A DNA stretch of 64,000 bases. It comes from an uncultured delta proteobacterium. Lineage in GTDB: Bacteria; Myxococcota_A; Polyangia; Polyangiales; Houyiibacteriaceae. The notes beneath the pieces are model-generated. The model was not told where the DNA came from, searched no databases, and saw nothing but the letters and a program-made list of their open reading frames with translations. The position numbers and the translations under genes were made by a program. How positions within the stretch are numbered: the first letter of the stretch is position 1; each line of letters starts with the position of its first letter. The stretch spans positions 320,407-384,406 of the forward strand of contig CAWBXS010000005.1 of the NCBI GenBank assembly GCA_963792825.1, given 5' to 3'. Shown one piece after another: positions 9,497 through 18,141 of the stretch.

Positions 9497-10873
9497 TCAG
9501 AGGCCGGTGCAGGCGTTGAGGTCGGCACAGTTCTCGAGCGCGCACTCGGCGCATTCGGGGGATCCGGAATCCGCGGCGCAAGGCTGCAGGCAGTACGACA
9601 CGGAGCACGAGGCGATCGCGCCGTAGCAGTCGGTGCACATGCGTGAAAGCCCTGTAGCGTCACTGATGCACTGGGCGATGCAGTCACCAAGCGCGATTCG
9701 CGCGCCATCGGAGCCTCCGCTGGTCAAGACGTCGGTCAGCTCGGGCGCACACGAGCTCGTGGGACACTCGGACGCAACCGGTCCGATTGCACCAACGCCG
9801 CCGATCGCTTCGAGCGCCGCCTGGTCGTCGGCGCCGACACACTGATCGATCGGTGTATCCACCGGCCCGCCCGAGCCGCCCGAGCCACCCTCGCCCGAGC
9901 CCCCACCTGCGCGTGCGATGAAGGCCTGGACTCCGCCGAAGGTGAACATCGTAGTCAACGAGGTGCAGACCCTGGCGCTCGGGTCGTAGTCGCCGTCCGC
10001 ATGGAGTGCCATGGCCGCCTCGAACTGCTCGATTGTGAAGTTGGCGGCGTTCCCGTTGTCCGTAGTGGGTTTTCCGACGATGTCGCGAATGTTACTCACG
10101 TCCCAATAGCCCGCGATGAGCCCTTCGAACGAGTCGTCTCCGAGCTCCAACCGAAGCCAACTACCGTGGACCACGAACTCGTCCTGCACGATCTGAATGT
10201 TGATCGGGAGAACCAAATCGAAGGGCCCCGCGGTGAGGATCCCATCGACGATCGATCCGGTGAAGACCGCGGTGTGATACCGCGGATCGGGATGCACGCT
10301 CAGCGTCGCATAGGGGAGCACGCTCTCGTCCGTGCCCTTGACGGGCGAATCGTCGCTACCGAACATCTGAACGGTCACCTCGTCGTCGTTCTGCGGATCG
10401 TCGACGCCCTGGATGTCGAGCAAGATGGTCATCGAGCCGTTCTTGACCGCGCCGTTGATCACCCCGTCGACCAGTTGACCCTGACGGAATCCACCGAACA
10501 CGTACTCCCCGTCCTCCTTCTTTTCTTCGTCGAAGATGATTCGGAGGAGATTGTAGTCGATGCCTTCCTCTGCCCCGGGCCCGACGAAGTCGTCATGCGC
10601 GCATTCGTCTGGCGCCGGCGATGCGGATCTCGATACGCGTCCGTCGAGATTGAACCCAGGGAACGTGCTCTCCAAGCTGTCCGGATAGAAGAACCCGAAG
10701 GCGGAGGTCACGTAGCCCGACGTCACCACAACTGGCGCCTGCGCCCCGCCCGTACCGCCCCCGCCATCACCGGGGCCCGTCGGACCTCCGCCGACGCTCC
10801 CGTCGCACGCCCCCAGGGCGAGGCCCAGAGCGGCCCAACGAATCATCCCACAGCTCATTCCGTTGGCGGTCAT
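9497..10873 (-). CDS. Hypothetical lipoprotein with Cys-rich C-terminus
   Basis: Lipobox LALGAC, Gly linkers, GFNLDG...GIDYNL, Cys-rich tail. Start uncertain (10873/10858/10846). Confidence 0.7.
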   Translation of the reverse strand: MTANGMSCGMIRWAALGLALGACDGSVGGGPTGPGDGGGGTGGAQAPVVVTSGYVTSAFGFFYPDSLESTFPGFNLDGRVSRSASPAPDECAHDDFVGPGAEEGIDYNLLRIIFDEEKKEDGEYVFGGFRQGQLVDGVINGAVKNGSMTILLDIQGVDDPQNDDEVTVQMFGSDDSPVKGTDESVLPYATLSVHPDPRYHTAVFTGSIVDGILTAGPFDLVLPINIQIVQDEFVVHGSWLRLELGDDSFEGLIAGYWDVSNIRDIVGKPTTDNGNAANFTIEQFEAAMALHADGDYDPSARVCTSLTTMFTFGGVQAFIARAGGGSGEGGSGGSGGPVDTPIDQCVGADDQAALEAIGGVGAIGPVASECPTSSCAPELTDVLTSGGSDGARIALGDCIAQCISDATGLSRMCTDCYGAIASCSVSYCLQPCAADSGSPECAECALENCADLNACTGL

Positions 10874-11000
10874 CGGCCGGGTAAGGCTACGACAGTCGCT
10901 GAAACAGCACAAACGGGACCGGCGAAGAACGTGCTTTCGAGACGTTGCACCGTTGCCGCGAGGGCCCAATCAGCATACTGTCGACGCCGTGGTGCTTGCG

Positions 11001-12656
11001 ATGACGCGCTATCACTCCTGCGCAGCGGCCGCGCTGGTTGGCTTGCTCGCCAGCTGTAGCAGTGGTGGAAACGGCGGCCAAAGCCCTAGCGGACCTGCGG
11101 TCGATGCCGGACCCATCGCGCTACGACGACTCACGACCGAGCAGTTCTCGCGGAGCATTCACGACGTCCTCGGCGAGCACATCACGGTCCCGAGCCGCAT
11201 CGATCCGGACGAACGCCGGTCGGGCCTTCTTGCCGTTGGCTCCTCGTTTGCCACCGTCACGCCGTCGGGCTTCGAGAAGTACGAAGCCGCAGCGGCTGCG
11301 GTCGCCGAGCAAGCGCTCGACGCCGGCCATCGCGCTGAGCTGGTCCCCTGCGAGCCCGCGGCCACGTCATCGAGTGACGACGCGTGCGCGCTCCAATTCA
11401 TCGAGCAGATCGGTCGCCGTCTGTTTCGCCGCACGCTCACGCGAGAGGAGATCGACGGCCGGGTCGAGGTCGCCCGAAACGCATCCCGAGTGCTCGGCGA
11501 CTTCTACCAGGGTCTCGAGCTCGCGCTTTCGAGCCTTCTGGTTTCCCCTGATTTCCTCTTTCGTGTCGAGACAGCCGAACCCGATGCAAAGGATCCGGCC
11601 CGGCTTCGTCTCACCGCGACATCGATCGCGTCTCGGCTGAGCTTTCTCTTGTGGAACTCGACCCCGGACGACGAGCTCCTCGATGTCGCAGAAAGCGGTG
11701 AGCTGCTCGACCCGCACGTCCTGGCCGCGCAAGTGGACCGCCTCGTTGGAGCGCCGCGCGCCGAGATCGGTCTTCGGGCGCTCTTCTCCGATCTCTACGA
11801 CTTCAAGCAGTTCGACGACGGCCTCGTGAAGAAGGATGCTGCGTTGTTCCCGGCCTACACACAGACGGTCGCTCAAGAGGCTAAGGAGCAGACCTTGCGC
11901 ACCATCGTCGCTCATCTTGCGGGCGGCGGAGGCTACCCGGATCTCTTCACGACGCGAAAGTCGTTCCTGACCAGGAATCTTGGCGTGGTGTATCGCCTTC
12001 CCGTCGCAACGGAGAATGGGTGGGAACCCTACGAGTTCGACCCCGACGGTCCTCGCGCGGGTCTGATGTCTCACCTCAGCATGATGACCCTCTACGCGCA
12101 CACGGGCCGAAGCTCGGCCACCCTTCGCGGCAAGTTCGTTCGCGAGGTGCTGCTCTGCCAGGACATCCCGTCGCCGCCCGCGAACGTCGACTTCTCGATC
12201 GTCGAGAACACGACCGGCGAGCTTCGGACGGCACGTGACCGTCTCGAAGCTCACGTGGTCAACGATGCTTGCGCGGGCTGTCACGACCTGATGGACCCGA
12301 TCGGGCTAGCCTTCGAGAGCTTCGACGCGATCGGAGCATTTCGCGAGCAAGAGAACGGCGCCCCGATCGACACCTCCGGGGAGCTCGACGGCGTCCCGTA
12401 CGACGACGCCGTCGGAATGGGTGAGGCGCTCCGGAACCACCCACAGCTCGGCCCATGCTTCGTTCGAACGCTGTTCCGATACGCCGTGGGACGCGACGCA
12501 ACCTCGCAGGAGCAACCGCTATTGCAGTTTCTCGGAACCCGTTTCGCGGAGTCGGGATTGCAGGTCTCGGACCTCGTGCGGGAGATCGTGCTGAGCGACG
12601 GCTTTCTCACCACTTCGGGACCTCGCGAGGCCGAGGCGGTTGGAGCCGGGCCATGA
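11001..12656 (+). CDS. DUF1592/DUF1588-family (PSD/PSCyt) lipoprotein with CxxCH
   Basis: LRRLT..Q...SIHD, LLVSPDFLFR, ASRLSFLLWNSTPD, SSATLRG, CAGCHDLMDPIG. Confidence 0.9.
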   Translation: MTRYHSCAAAALVGLLASCSSGGNGGQSPSGPAVDAGPIALRRLTTEQFSRSIHDVLGEHITVPSRIDPDERRSGLLAVGSSFATVTPSGFEKYEAAAAAVAEQALDAGHRAELVPCEPAATSSSDDACALQFIEQIGRRLFRRTLTREEIDGRVEVARNASRVLGDFYQGLELALSSLLVSPDFLFRVETAEPDAKDPARLRLTATSIASRLSFLLWNSTPDDELLDVAESGELLDPHVLAAQVDRLVGAPRAEIGLRALFSDLYDFKQFDDGLVKKDAALFPAYTQTVAQEAKEQTLRTIVAHLAGGGGYPDLFTTRKSFLTRNLGVVYRLPVATENGWEPYEFDPDGPRAGLMSHLSMMTLYAHTGRSSATLRGKFVREVLLCQDIPSPPANVDFSIVENTTGELRTARDRLEAHVVNDACAGCHDLMDPIGLAFESFDAIGAFREQENGAPIDTSGELDGVPYDDAVGMGEALRNHPQLGPCFVRTLFRYAVGRDATSQEQPLLQFLGTRFAESGLQVSDLVREIVLSDGFLTTSGPREAEAVGAGP

Positions 12657-14011
12657 CGAAGCGCTTCGACCGAAGGACGATGCTTCGAGGCGCGCTCGCC
12701 GGGGGCGCGGTGTCGATGGGAATCCCGCTTCTCGATTGCTTTCTCGACGACAACGGCACGGCGCTCGCCCAAGGTGCTCCCCTTCCCTTGCGCTTTGGCG
12801 CCTGGATGTGGGGTTGCGGGATGAACCCGGCGAGGTGGGCGCCCACCACCGCTGGAGAGGGATGGGAGCTTCCGCCTGAGCTCGTCGCTCTCGATCGCCC
12901 GCTAGCGAGCGGCGGCAAGGTGCGCGACCACATCAGCGTGTTGAGCGGCTTCGACGTCATTCTCGACGGCCGTCCGAATTTTCCACACACCGCGGGTTTG
13001 ATCACGACCATCACCGGCACCGTTCCCGAGCAAGATGGCGCGTTCGTCCAACCGACGCTCGACACCGTCATCGCCAGCCACATCGGTGGCGCGACTCGAT
13101 TTCGCTCGATCGAGATGTCGGCAACGGGAAACCCGAACCAAGCGTACAGCCGAGAAGCTCAGGGGGTTCCAAATGCGCCCGAGCTCTCGCCGGCCGGGCT
13201 CTATTCGCGGGTCTTCGGACCGGAGTTCGCGGATCCGAACGCAGGGCCCTTCGTCCCTGACCCTCGGTTGCTACTTCGGCAAAGCGTGCTTTCCGTCGTG
13301 AAGGAAGACCGTGACCGTTTGGTGCAGCAAGTCGGAACGCACGACAAGCAGCGCCTCGATCAGTACTTCACGTCCGTGAGACAGCTGGAGCAGCAGATCG
13401 ATGTCCTCTTGGCCGGGCCGCCCGATCTCGCAAGCTGCGTGAAGGCACCTCAGCCAGACGCTGAAAGCCTCGGCGCAGAGGTTGGCCAATCGAAGCTCAC
13501 CAACCGATTGATGGTGGACCTCCTTTCATTCGCGCTCGCCTGCGATCAGACGCGCGTGTTCAGCATGATGTTCTCGTTTTGGCTTTCAGGTCTGAGGCAG
13601 TCGGGTTCGAGCTCGGAGCACCACCAGCTGACTCACGACGAGGCCATCGACCCGACTCTCGGCTATCAACCGGAGGCGACGGAGTTCGTTCTCGACTCGA
13701 TGGAAGCGTGGACGGACTTCGTGGAGAGGCTCGCGGCGATCCCCGAAGGCGATGGCACGCTCCTCGACAACTGCCTAGTGCTGGCTCATTCCGACGTTTC
13801 GTTAGCGAAGGTTCACGGCATCACGGGCATACCGATGATGATCGCAGGCCGAGCCGGCGGACGGGTGAGGCCCGGTGTCCACGTCGTCGGTAACGCTGCT
13901 CCGACGACGCGGGTCGGGCTCACCGTCCAGCAGGTGATGGGCCTCAACGTGGAACGCTGGGGCACTCGCTCGATGGAAGCGACGCTTCCGCTGAACGAAA
14001 TCCTGGTTTAG
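12653..14011 (+). CDS. DUF1552 (HXXSHH) family protein with Tat-like signal
   Basis: ATGA overlap with upstream gene; DRRTMLRG; ALACDQTRV; EHHQLTH; EGDGTLLDN. Confidence 0.9.
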   Translation: MTKRFDRRTMLRGALAGGAVSMGIPLLDCFLDDNGTALAQGAPLPLRFGAWMWGCGMNPARWAPTTAGEGWELPPELVALDRPLASGGKVRDHISVLSGFDVILDGRPNFPHTAGLITTITGTVPEQDGAFVQPTLDTVIASHIGGATRFRSIEMSATGNPNQAYSREAQGVPNAPELSPAGLYSRVFGPEFADPNAGPFVPDPRLLLRQSVLSVVKEDRDRLVQQVGTHDKQRLDQYFTSVRQLEQQIDVLLAGPPDLASCVKAPQPDAESLGAEVGQSKLTNRLMVDLLSFALACDQTRVFSMMFSFWLSGLRQSGSSSEHHQLTHDEAIDPTLGYQPEATEFVLDSMEAWTDFVERLAAIPEGDGTLLDNCLVLAHSDVSLAKVHGITGIPMMIAGRAGGRVRPGVHVVGNAAPTTRVGLTVQQVMGLNVERWGTRSMEATLPLNEILV

Positions 14012-14021
14012 GAAGCTGCTT

Positions 14022-14495
14022 TCAGATGGTGAGCTGACCGGATCGCAACAGGTACGCCAAGCGCTTGCGTTGCTCCGGATCCAACATCTCGTGCGTCTTC
14101 TGCAACGTGGTGAGGACCTCGTCTTTCACGCGCTCTGCCGCCTTGACCCGCGCATTGAGCGCTTCGGCAGCTGCCTCCTTGTCGAAGTGCTCGCCCTGGA
14201 CCGCATCGGCAATACCAGCGATGCTGCGTTGCTCGTCGAGCCGGGCTTGGGCTCGCTCGGTCTTGAGCACGTTCAAAATGCCGGCCAACGCGTCGATCTG
14301 CTCGTCGTCGAGATCGAGCTTGTGGGCCATGTAGCGAAGGGGCCTGCGGACCCCGAAGCCCGATGCGTCATAGGCCGAGTCGTCGTGCGCGCGTCGATGT
14401 CGCCGCCAACCCTCCCGTCCACACGCCGAAACCCGTTGTTCACCGCCGCGATCTTCTTGAGACCGCTTCCATCGATAATAGAAACCTGGATGCAT
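14022..14495 (-). CDS. Spy/CpxP-like helical protein
   Basis: RBS AGGAG before ATG 14495; GFGVRRPLRYMAHKLDL.DEQ; LDPEQR motif. Confidence 0.7.
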   Translation of the reverse strand: MHPGFYYRWKRSQEDRGGEQRVSACGREGWRRHRRAHDDSAYDASGFGVRRPLRYMAHKLDLDDEQIDALAGILNVLKTERAQARLDEQRSIAGIADAVQGEHFDKEAAAEALNARVKAAERVKDEVLTTLQKTHEMLDPEQRKRLAYLLRSGQLTI

Positions 14496-14659
14496 TGTTT
14501 TTCTCCTGTCGGCCCGGGGCTGATCGCTCCCGAGCGGGTTCAGAGGGCGGGCAATACGCCACGCCCCGATGCCGAAGACTCTAGTCATCCGCGCCATCGG
14601 TCGCAAGAGGCTCGATGAGACCGCCGGGTCGGCCCCGAGCTGGAATCGGCCTCGTGAGC

Positions 14660-14990
14660 GCGTGATATTCTCGGGCGGTCGAAGTCACCGAGATCGCGGG
14701 CCGCGATCCGATGGACCGTGAGGGCTCGATTCGGGACATCCTCACGACGCATGTCGTGCCGCCCGATGTTGCGCAGTCACGGGAACGGATCGACTGCGAT
14801 CTCGTCGTCAACTGCCTCGGCGCGTGGTCTCCTTTGTTTTCGGCCAAGGTCGGCATCAGCGACGGGACCGAGCCGACGCGGCGCAGACCTGCGGCTGTAT
14901 TCGGTGACGCCCGACTGTAGCGGCGTCGCCGGCCCGGTCACGGGCCTCACCAACCTCCTGTCGGAGGCCCAAGAGGGAGTCCCGTTGTAA
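14660..14990 (+). pseudogene. Remnant of FAD-dependent oxidoreductase (DAO/sarcosine oxidase beta-like)
   Basis: IDCDLVVNCLGAWSPLFSAKVG in one frame and YSVTPDCSGVAGPVTGLTNL in another; no N-terminal GxGxxG. Confidence 0.55.
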
Positions 14991-15119
14991 CTTTGCAACC
15001 ATAAGGCAAACTCGAGGTTGGATACGCCGTTAGGGCCTTGTGAAACGGCGTCGGTTTGTCAATATTTCATGTTCGTCCTCAATCGGACGGCGGCTGTTAC
15101 AAAGTTTTCGGAGGCCACG

Positions 15120-17063
15120 ATGGTAGACCCTGTTGACGCAGCAGAAGCACGAAGAGTCGCGGAAGAGTCGAGAGAGCAATCCTGGAGCGGAGAGAGCTTC
15201 ATGCGCGATGTGTTTCTCGGAAACTTTCGCATCGATTTGCTCGAACGACTTTCGCTCGATGAGCCGAACCGTCCCGAGTTTCTCGAGTTCTATCGCAAGG
15301 TCGAGAGCTTCCTTCGAGAGCACGTCGACTCGGTGAAGATCGACGCGACAGGGGAGTACCCTCCCGAGGTGGTTCGAGGTTTTGCCGAGCTCGGCGCCTT
15401 CGGCCTCAAGATTCCGAAGGAGTACGGCGGGCTCGGTTTGACGCATCCCGAATATGTCCGGGTGATGCAGCTGATCGGTAGCTATGACGGCAACGTGACT
15501 GCCCTGTTGTCCGCGCACCAGGCCATCGGCGTCCCGCAACCGATCAAGCTGTTCGGAACCGAAGAGCAGAAAAAGCGGTTCCTGCCGCGTTGCGCCAAAG
15601 GCGCCATCTCCGCGTTCGCGCTCACCGAGCCCGGGGTCGGTTCCGATCCGGCGCGTTTAGGCACCACAGCAGAGCTCTCCGAGGACGGACAGCACTACGT
15701 GCTCAACGGACAGAAGCTCTGGTGCACCAACGTCACGCTCGCGGATCTCATCGTGGTGATGGCGCGAAACCCGGCGACCAAGAAGATCAACTGCCTCGTG
15801 GTAGAGATGGACTGGCCCGGCGTCAAAGTCGAACATCGAAGTCACTTCATGGGGCTTCGCGCCCTCGCGAACGGCGTGGTCAGCTTCGACAACGTCAAGG
15901 TTCCGAAGGAAAACCTGATCGGCAAGGATGGCGATGGTCTGAAGATCGCGCTCGTCACGTTGAACACTGGCCGGCTCAGCTTGCCTGCTGCGACCTCGGG
16001 CTCGGCAAAGCTTTTCGTCGAAGTCGTCCGCAAGTGGTCGAACGCGCGCGTCCAGTGGGGTATCCCGATCGGCCAGCACGAGGCGATCGCGCACAAGAAT
16101 GCCTATATCCTCTCCTCGGCCTTTGCCATGGAGTCGATCGCGTACGCCGTAGGCGAGCTTGCGGACCAAAAGGGCGTCGACATCCGATTGGAGGCGGCGG
16201 CAGCCAAGGAATGGAACACCGTTCGAAACTGGGAGCTCGCCGACGAAACCCTGCAGATTCGAGGCGGCCGCGGCTACGAGACTGAAAGCTCGCTCCTCGC
16301 GCGTGGCGAGCCCGGAATCGGCATCGAGCGCGCCATGCGCGACAGCCGCATCAACCTGATTTTCGAGGGCTCGAGCGAGATCATGCATCTCTTCATCGCG
16401 CGCGAGGCGGTCGACAAACACCTCCAAGTGGCGGGTGACCTGGTCGATCCCAAAGCGAGCATCGCTAAGCGACTCGGCGCGCTGCCCAAAATCATCGCGT
16501 TTTACGCTTGGTGGTATCCGACCCGCTGGCTCCGATGGAGCATGTGGCCAAGCTTCTCCCGATACGGGAAGCTCGCCAAGCACCTGCGTTATGCGTCACG
16601 AGCCTCCGCTCGGCTCGCTCGGAACACCTTTCATGGCATGGTTCGCTTTGGACCAGGCCTCGAACGTCGTCAGGGGTTCCTGTTCCGCATCGTGGACATC
16701 GGCCTCGAGATCTTCGCCCTGGCCACCACGGTTCGCCACGCGCACAAGCTCCAACAGGAGGGCACCGAGGAGGCAAGCAAGGCGGTCGAGCTCGCCGATT
16801 TCTTTGCACGGCAGACTCGGCGAAAGATCAACACCCTGTTCCACCAGCTTTGGAGCAACGACGATGCCCGCGCGACGCGGGTTGGCCAAGAGCTGCTCGA
16901 CGGCAAGCACACGTGGCTCGAACGCGGAATCGCCGACCTGCCCTACACCGCAGAGGAGCTCCGCCCGAAAACGATGGACGAGATTTTGGCGGAGCGGGAA
17001 GAACACAAAAGCGAAGGCGCCAAAAAGAAACCGGCGGCTCGGGAAGAGCTCCGGATCGCCTAG
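15120..17063 (+). CDS. Acyl-CoA dehydrogenase (long, VLCAD/FadE10-like)
   Basis: RBS GGAGG; AFALTEPGVGSD, NGQKLWCTN, QIRGGRGYE, IFEGSSEI. Confidence 0.93.
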   Translation: MVDPVDAAEARRVAEESREQSWSGESFMRDVFLGNFRIDLLERLSLDEPNRPEFLEFYRKVESFLREHVDSVKIDATGEYPPEVVRGFAELGAFGLKIPKEYGGLGLTHPEYVRVMQLIGSYDGNVTALLSAHQAIGVPQPIKLFGTEEQKKRFLPRCAKGAISAFALTEPGVGSDPARLGTTAELSEDGQHYVLNGQKLWCTNVTLADLIVVMARNPATKKINCLVVEMDWPGVKVEHRSHFMGLRALANGVVSFDNVKVPKENLIGKDGDGLKIALVTLNTGRLSLPAATSGSAKLFVEVVRKWSNARVQWGIPIGQHEAIAHKNAYILSSAFAMESIAYAVGELADQKGVDIRLEAAAAKEWNTVRNWELADETLQIRGGRGYETESSLLARGEPGIGIERAMRDSRINLIFEGSSEIMHLFIAREAVDKHLQVAGDLVDPKASIAKRLGALPKIIAFYAWWYPTRWLRWSMWPSFSRYGKLAKHLRYASRASARLARNTFHGMVRFGPGLERRQGFLFRIVDIGLEIFALATTVRHAHKLQQEGTEEASKAVELADFFARQTRRKINTLFHQLWSNDDARATRVGQELLDGKHTWLERGIADLPYTAEELRPKTMDEILAEREEHKSEGAKKKPAAREELRIA

Positions 17064-17087
17064 GCTTGCGGCTCGCCGCCAGCTTTC
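17064..17087 (+). terminator. Possible intrinsic terminator hairpin
   Basis: GCTTGCGG-CTCG-CCGCCAGC followed by TTT, between convergent genes. Confidence 0.35.
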
Positions 17088-17120
17088 CTAGTCACTCGCC
17101 CCGCGAGGTCGTTGACGACC

Positions 17121-17411
17121 TCATCGCAACGTGCGGAACAGCAGCCATGCGGCCGCGCCGATCAGGAGGACGAGAATTGGCAGCACGACCTTGAACAGGC
17201 GGCCCGATCGATCGATGAGGGCATCGCTCTTCGCTTGAATCCGCTCCGCGCGATCGTTGATGGCATTTGCTCGGTCGTACTGCGTCTTGGCGAGCTCGAA
17301 ATGCTCGCGCTGAATCGAAAGTGCCTCATGTTGCCGAGCGAGTTGCTCCCGCTGCCCTTCGCGGAGCTCCTGCAACAAGCCCGCAAGCCGTTCGAGGTCC
17401 TGTTTGTCCAT
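17121..17411 (-). CDS. Small coiled-coil protein with C-terminal TM helix
   Basis: Heptad-rich N-terminus, hydrophobic VVLPILVLLIGAAAWLLF. Confidence 0.65.
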   Translation of the reverse strand: MDKQDLERLAGLLQELREGQREQLARQHEALSIQREHFELAKTQYDRANAINDRAERIQAKSDALIDRSGRLFKVVLPILVLLIGAAAWLLFRTLR

Positions 17412-17497
17412 CCTTGCCCCCACTCAAATGATATCATGAGGATCGGACGACCCCACCATCGCGGCCGGTCGTTCCCGGCGACCAGCAGCCCTCGGGC

Positions 17498-18016
17498 CTA
17501 ATCGTCCGCGATGGGCGCGGCGATCTTTCCCATCCGCGCTGGGCCTTGCTCAATCGCGATTTCACCCATGATCGGCCTCTCGGGGTCTTCCGGCTCGTCA
17601 TCCATCGTCCCCGCGTCCCAACCGAGGTCAACGGGCGGCGTGCCCATCAGCGGCTCACCGGTTGGTGACGCTTCGTCCTCGCTGGGGCCGCACGCGGAAA
17701 GCTTGGTCAACCCCGTCGAAGCGACTGCGATGGCGACCGCCGCGCGAGCTCCCGCGCGAAGAAGCGAACGCTTCTGACCGACCGGGCAGTCGGAAGTCAG
17801 CACCGTGCCGTCGTGGCGCTGATAGAACCGCACGCATAGCCGCCCTTCCCGCTCTGCGATCACGCGCTGGGCCTCGGGCTCGGGCATCGCCGAAAGGTTG
17901 TAGACGTTTCGATTGCACTCCCGGCAGAAACGGACGCGGTCATCGCCGTCCATGTTCTCCCACGGTGCCCTACACGGGCTCGCAATGCGAAGCTGAAACT
18001 TGGAATTCGTTGGCAT
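17498..18016 (-). CDS. Conserved hypothetical protein with Cys-rich N-terminal module
   Basis: LRIASPC..W..MDGDDRVRFCRECNRNVYNLSAM...LCVRFY.R.DGTVLTSDC, then a hydrophobic stretch and an acidic tail. Confidence 0.75.
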   Translation of the reverse strand: MPTNSKFQLRIASPCRAPWENMDGDDRVRFCRECNRNVYNLSAMPEPEAQRVIAEREGRLCVRFYQRHDGTVLTSDCPVGQKRSLLRAGARAAVAIAVASTGLTKLSACGPSEDEASPTGEPLMGTPPVDLGWDAGTMDDEPEDPERPIMGEIAIEQGPARMGKIAAPIADD

Positions 18017-18141
18017 GCTCGTTTTGACGCGCGAGGGGCAAGAACGATCCAAGGAGCAGGAAATTTCGGCGCCTTGGCATTAGCGGCTGGGGGAGCAGGC
18101 TGCTGCTGGGGCTCCTGGGGCATGGCTGCTAGAGAAGCACG

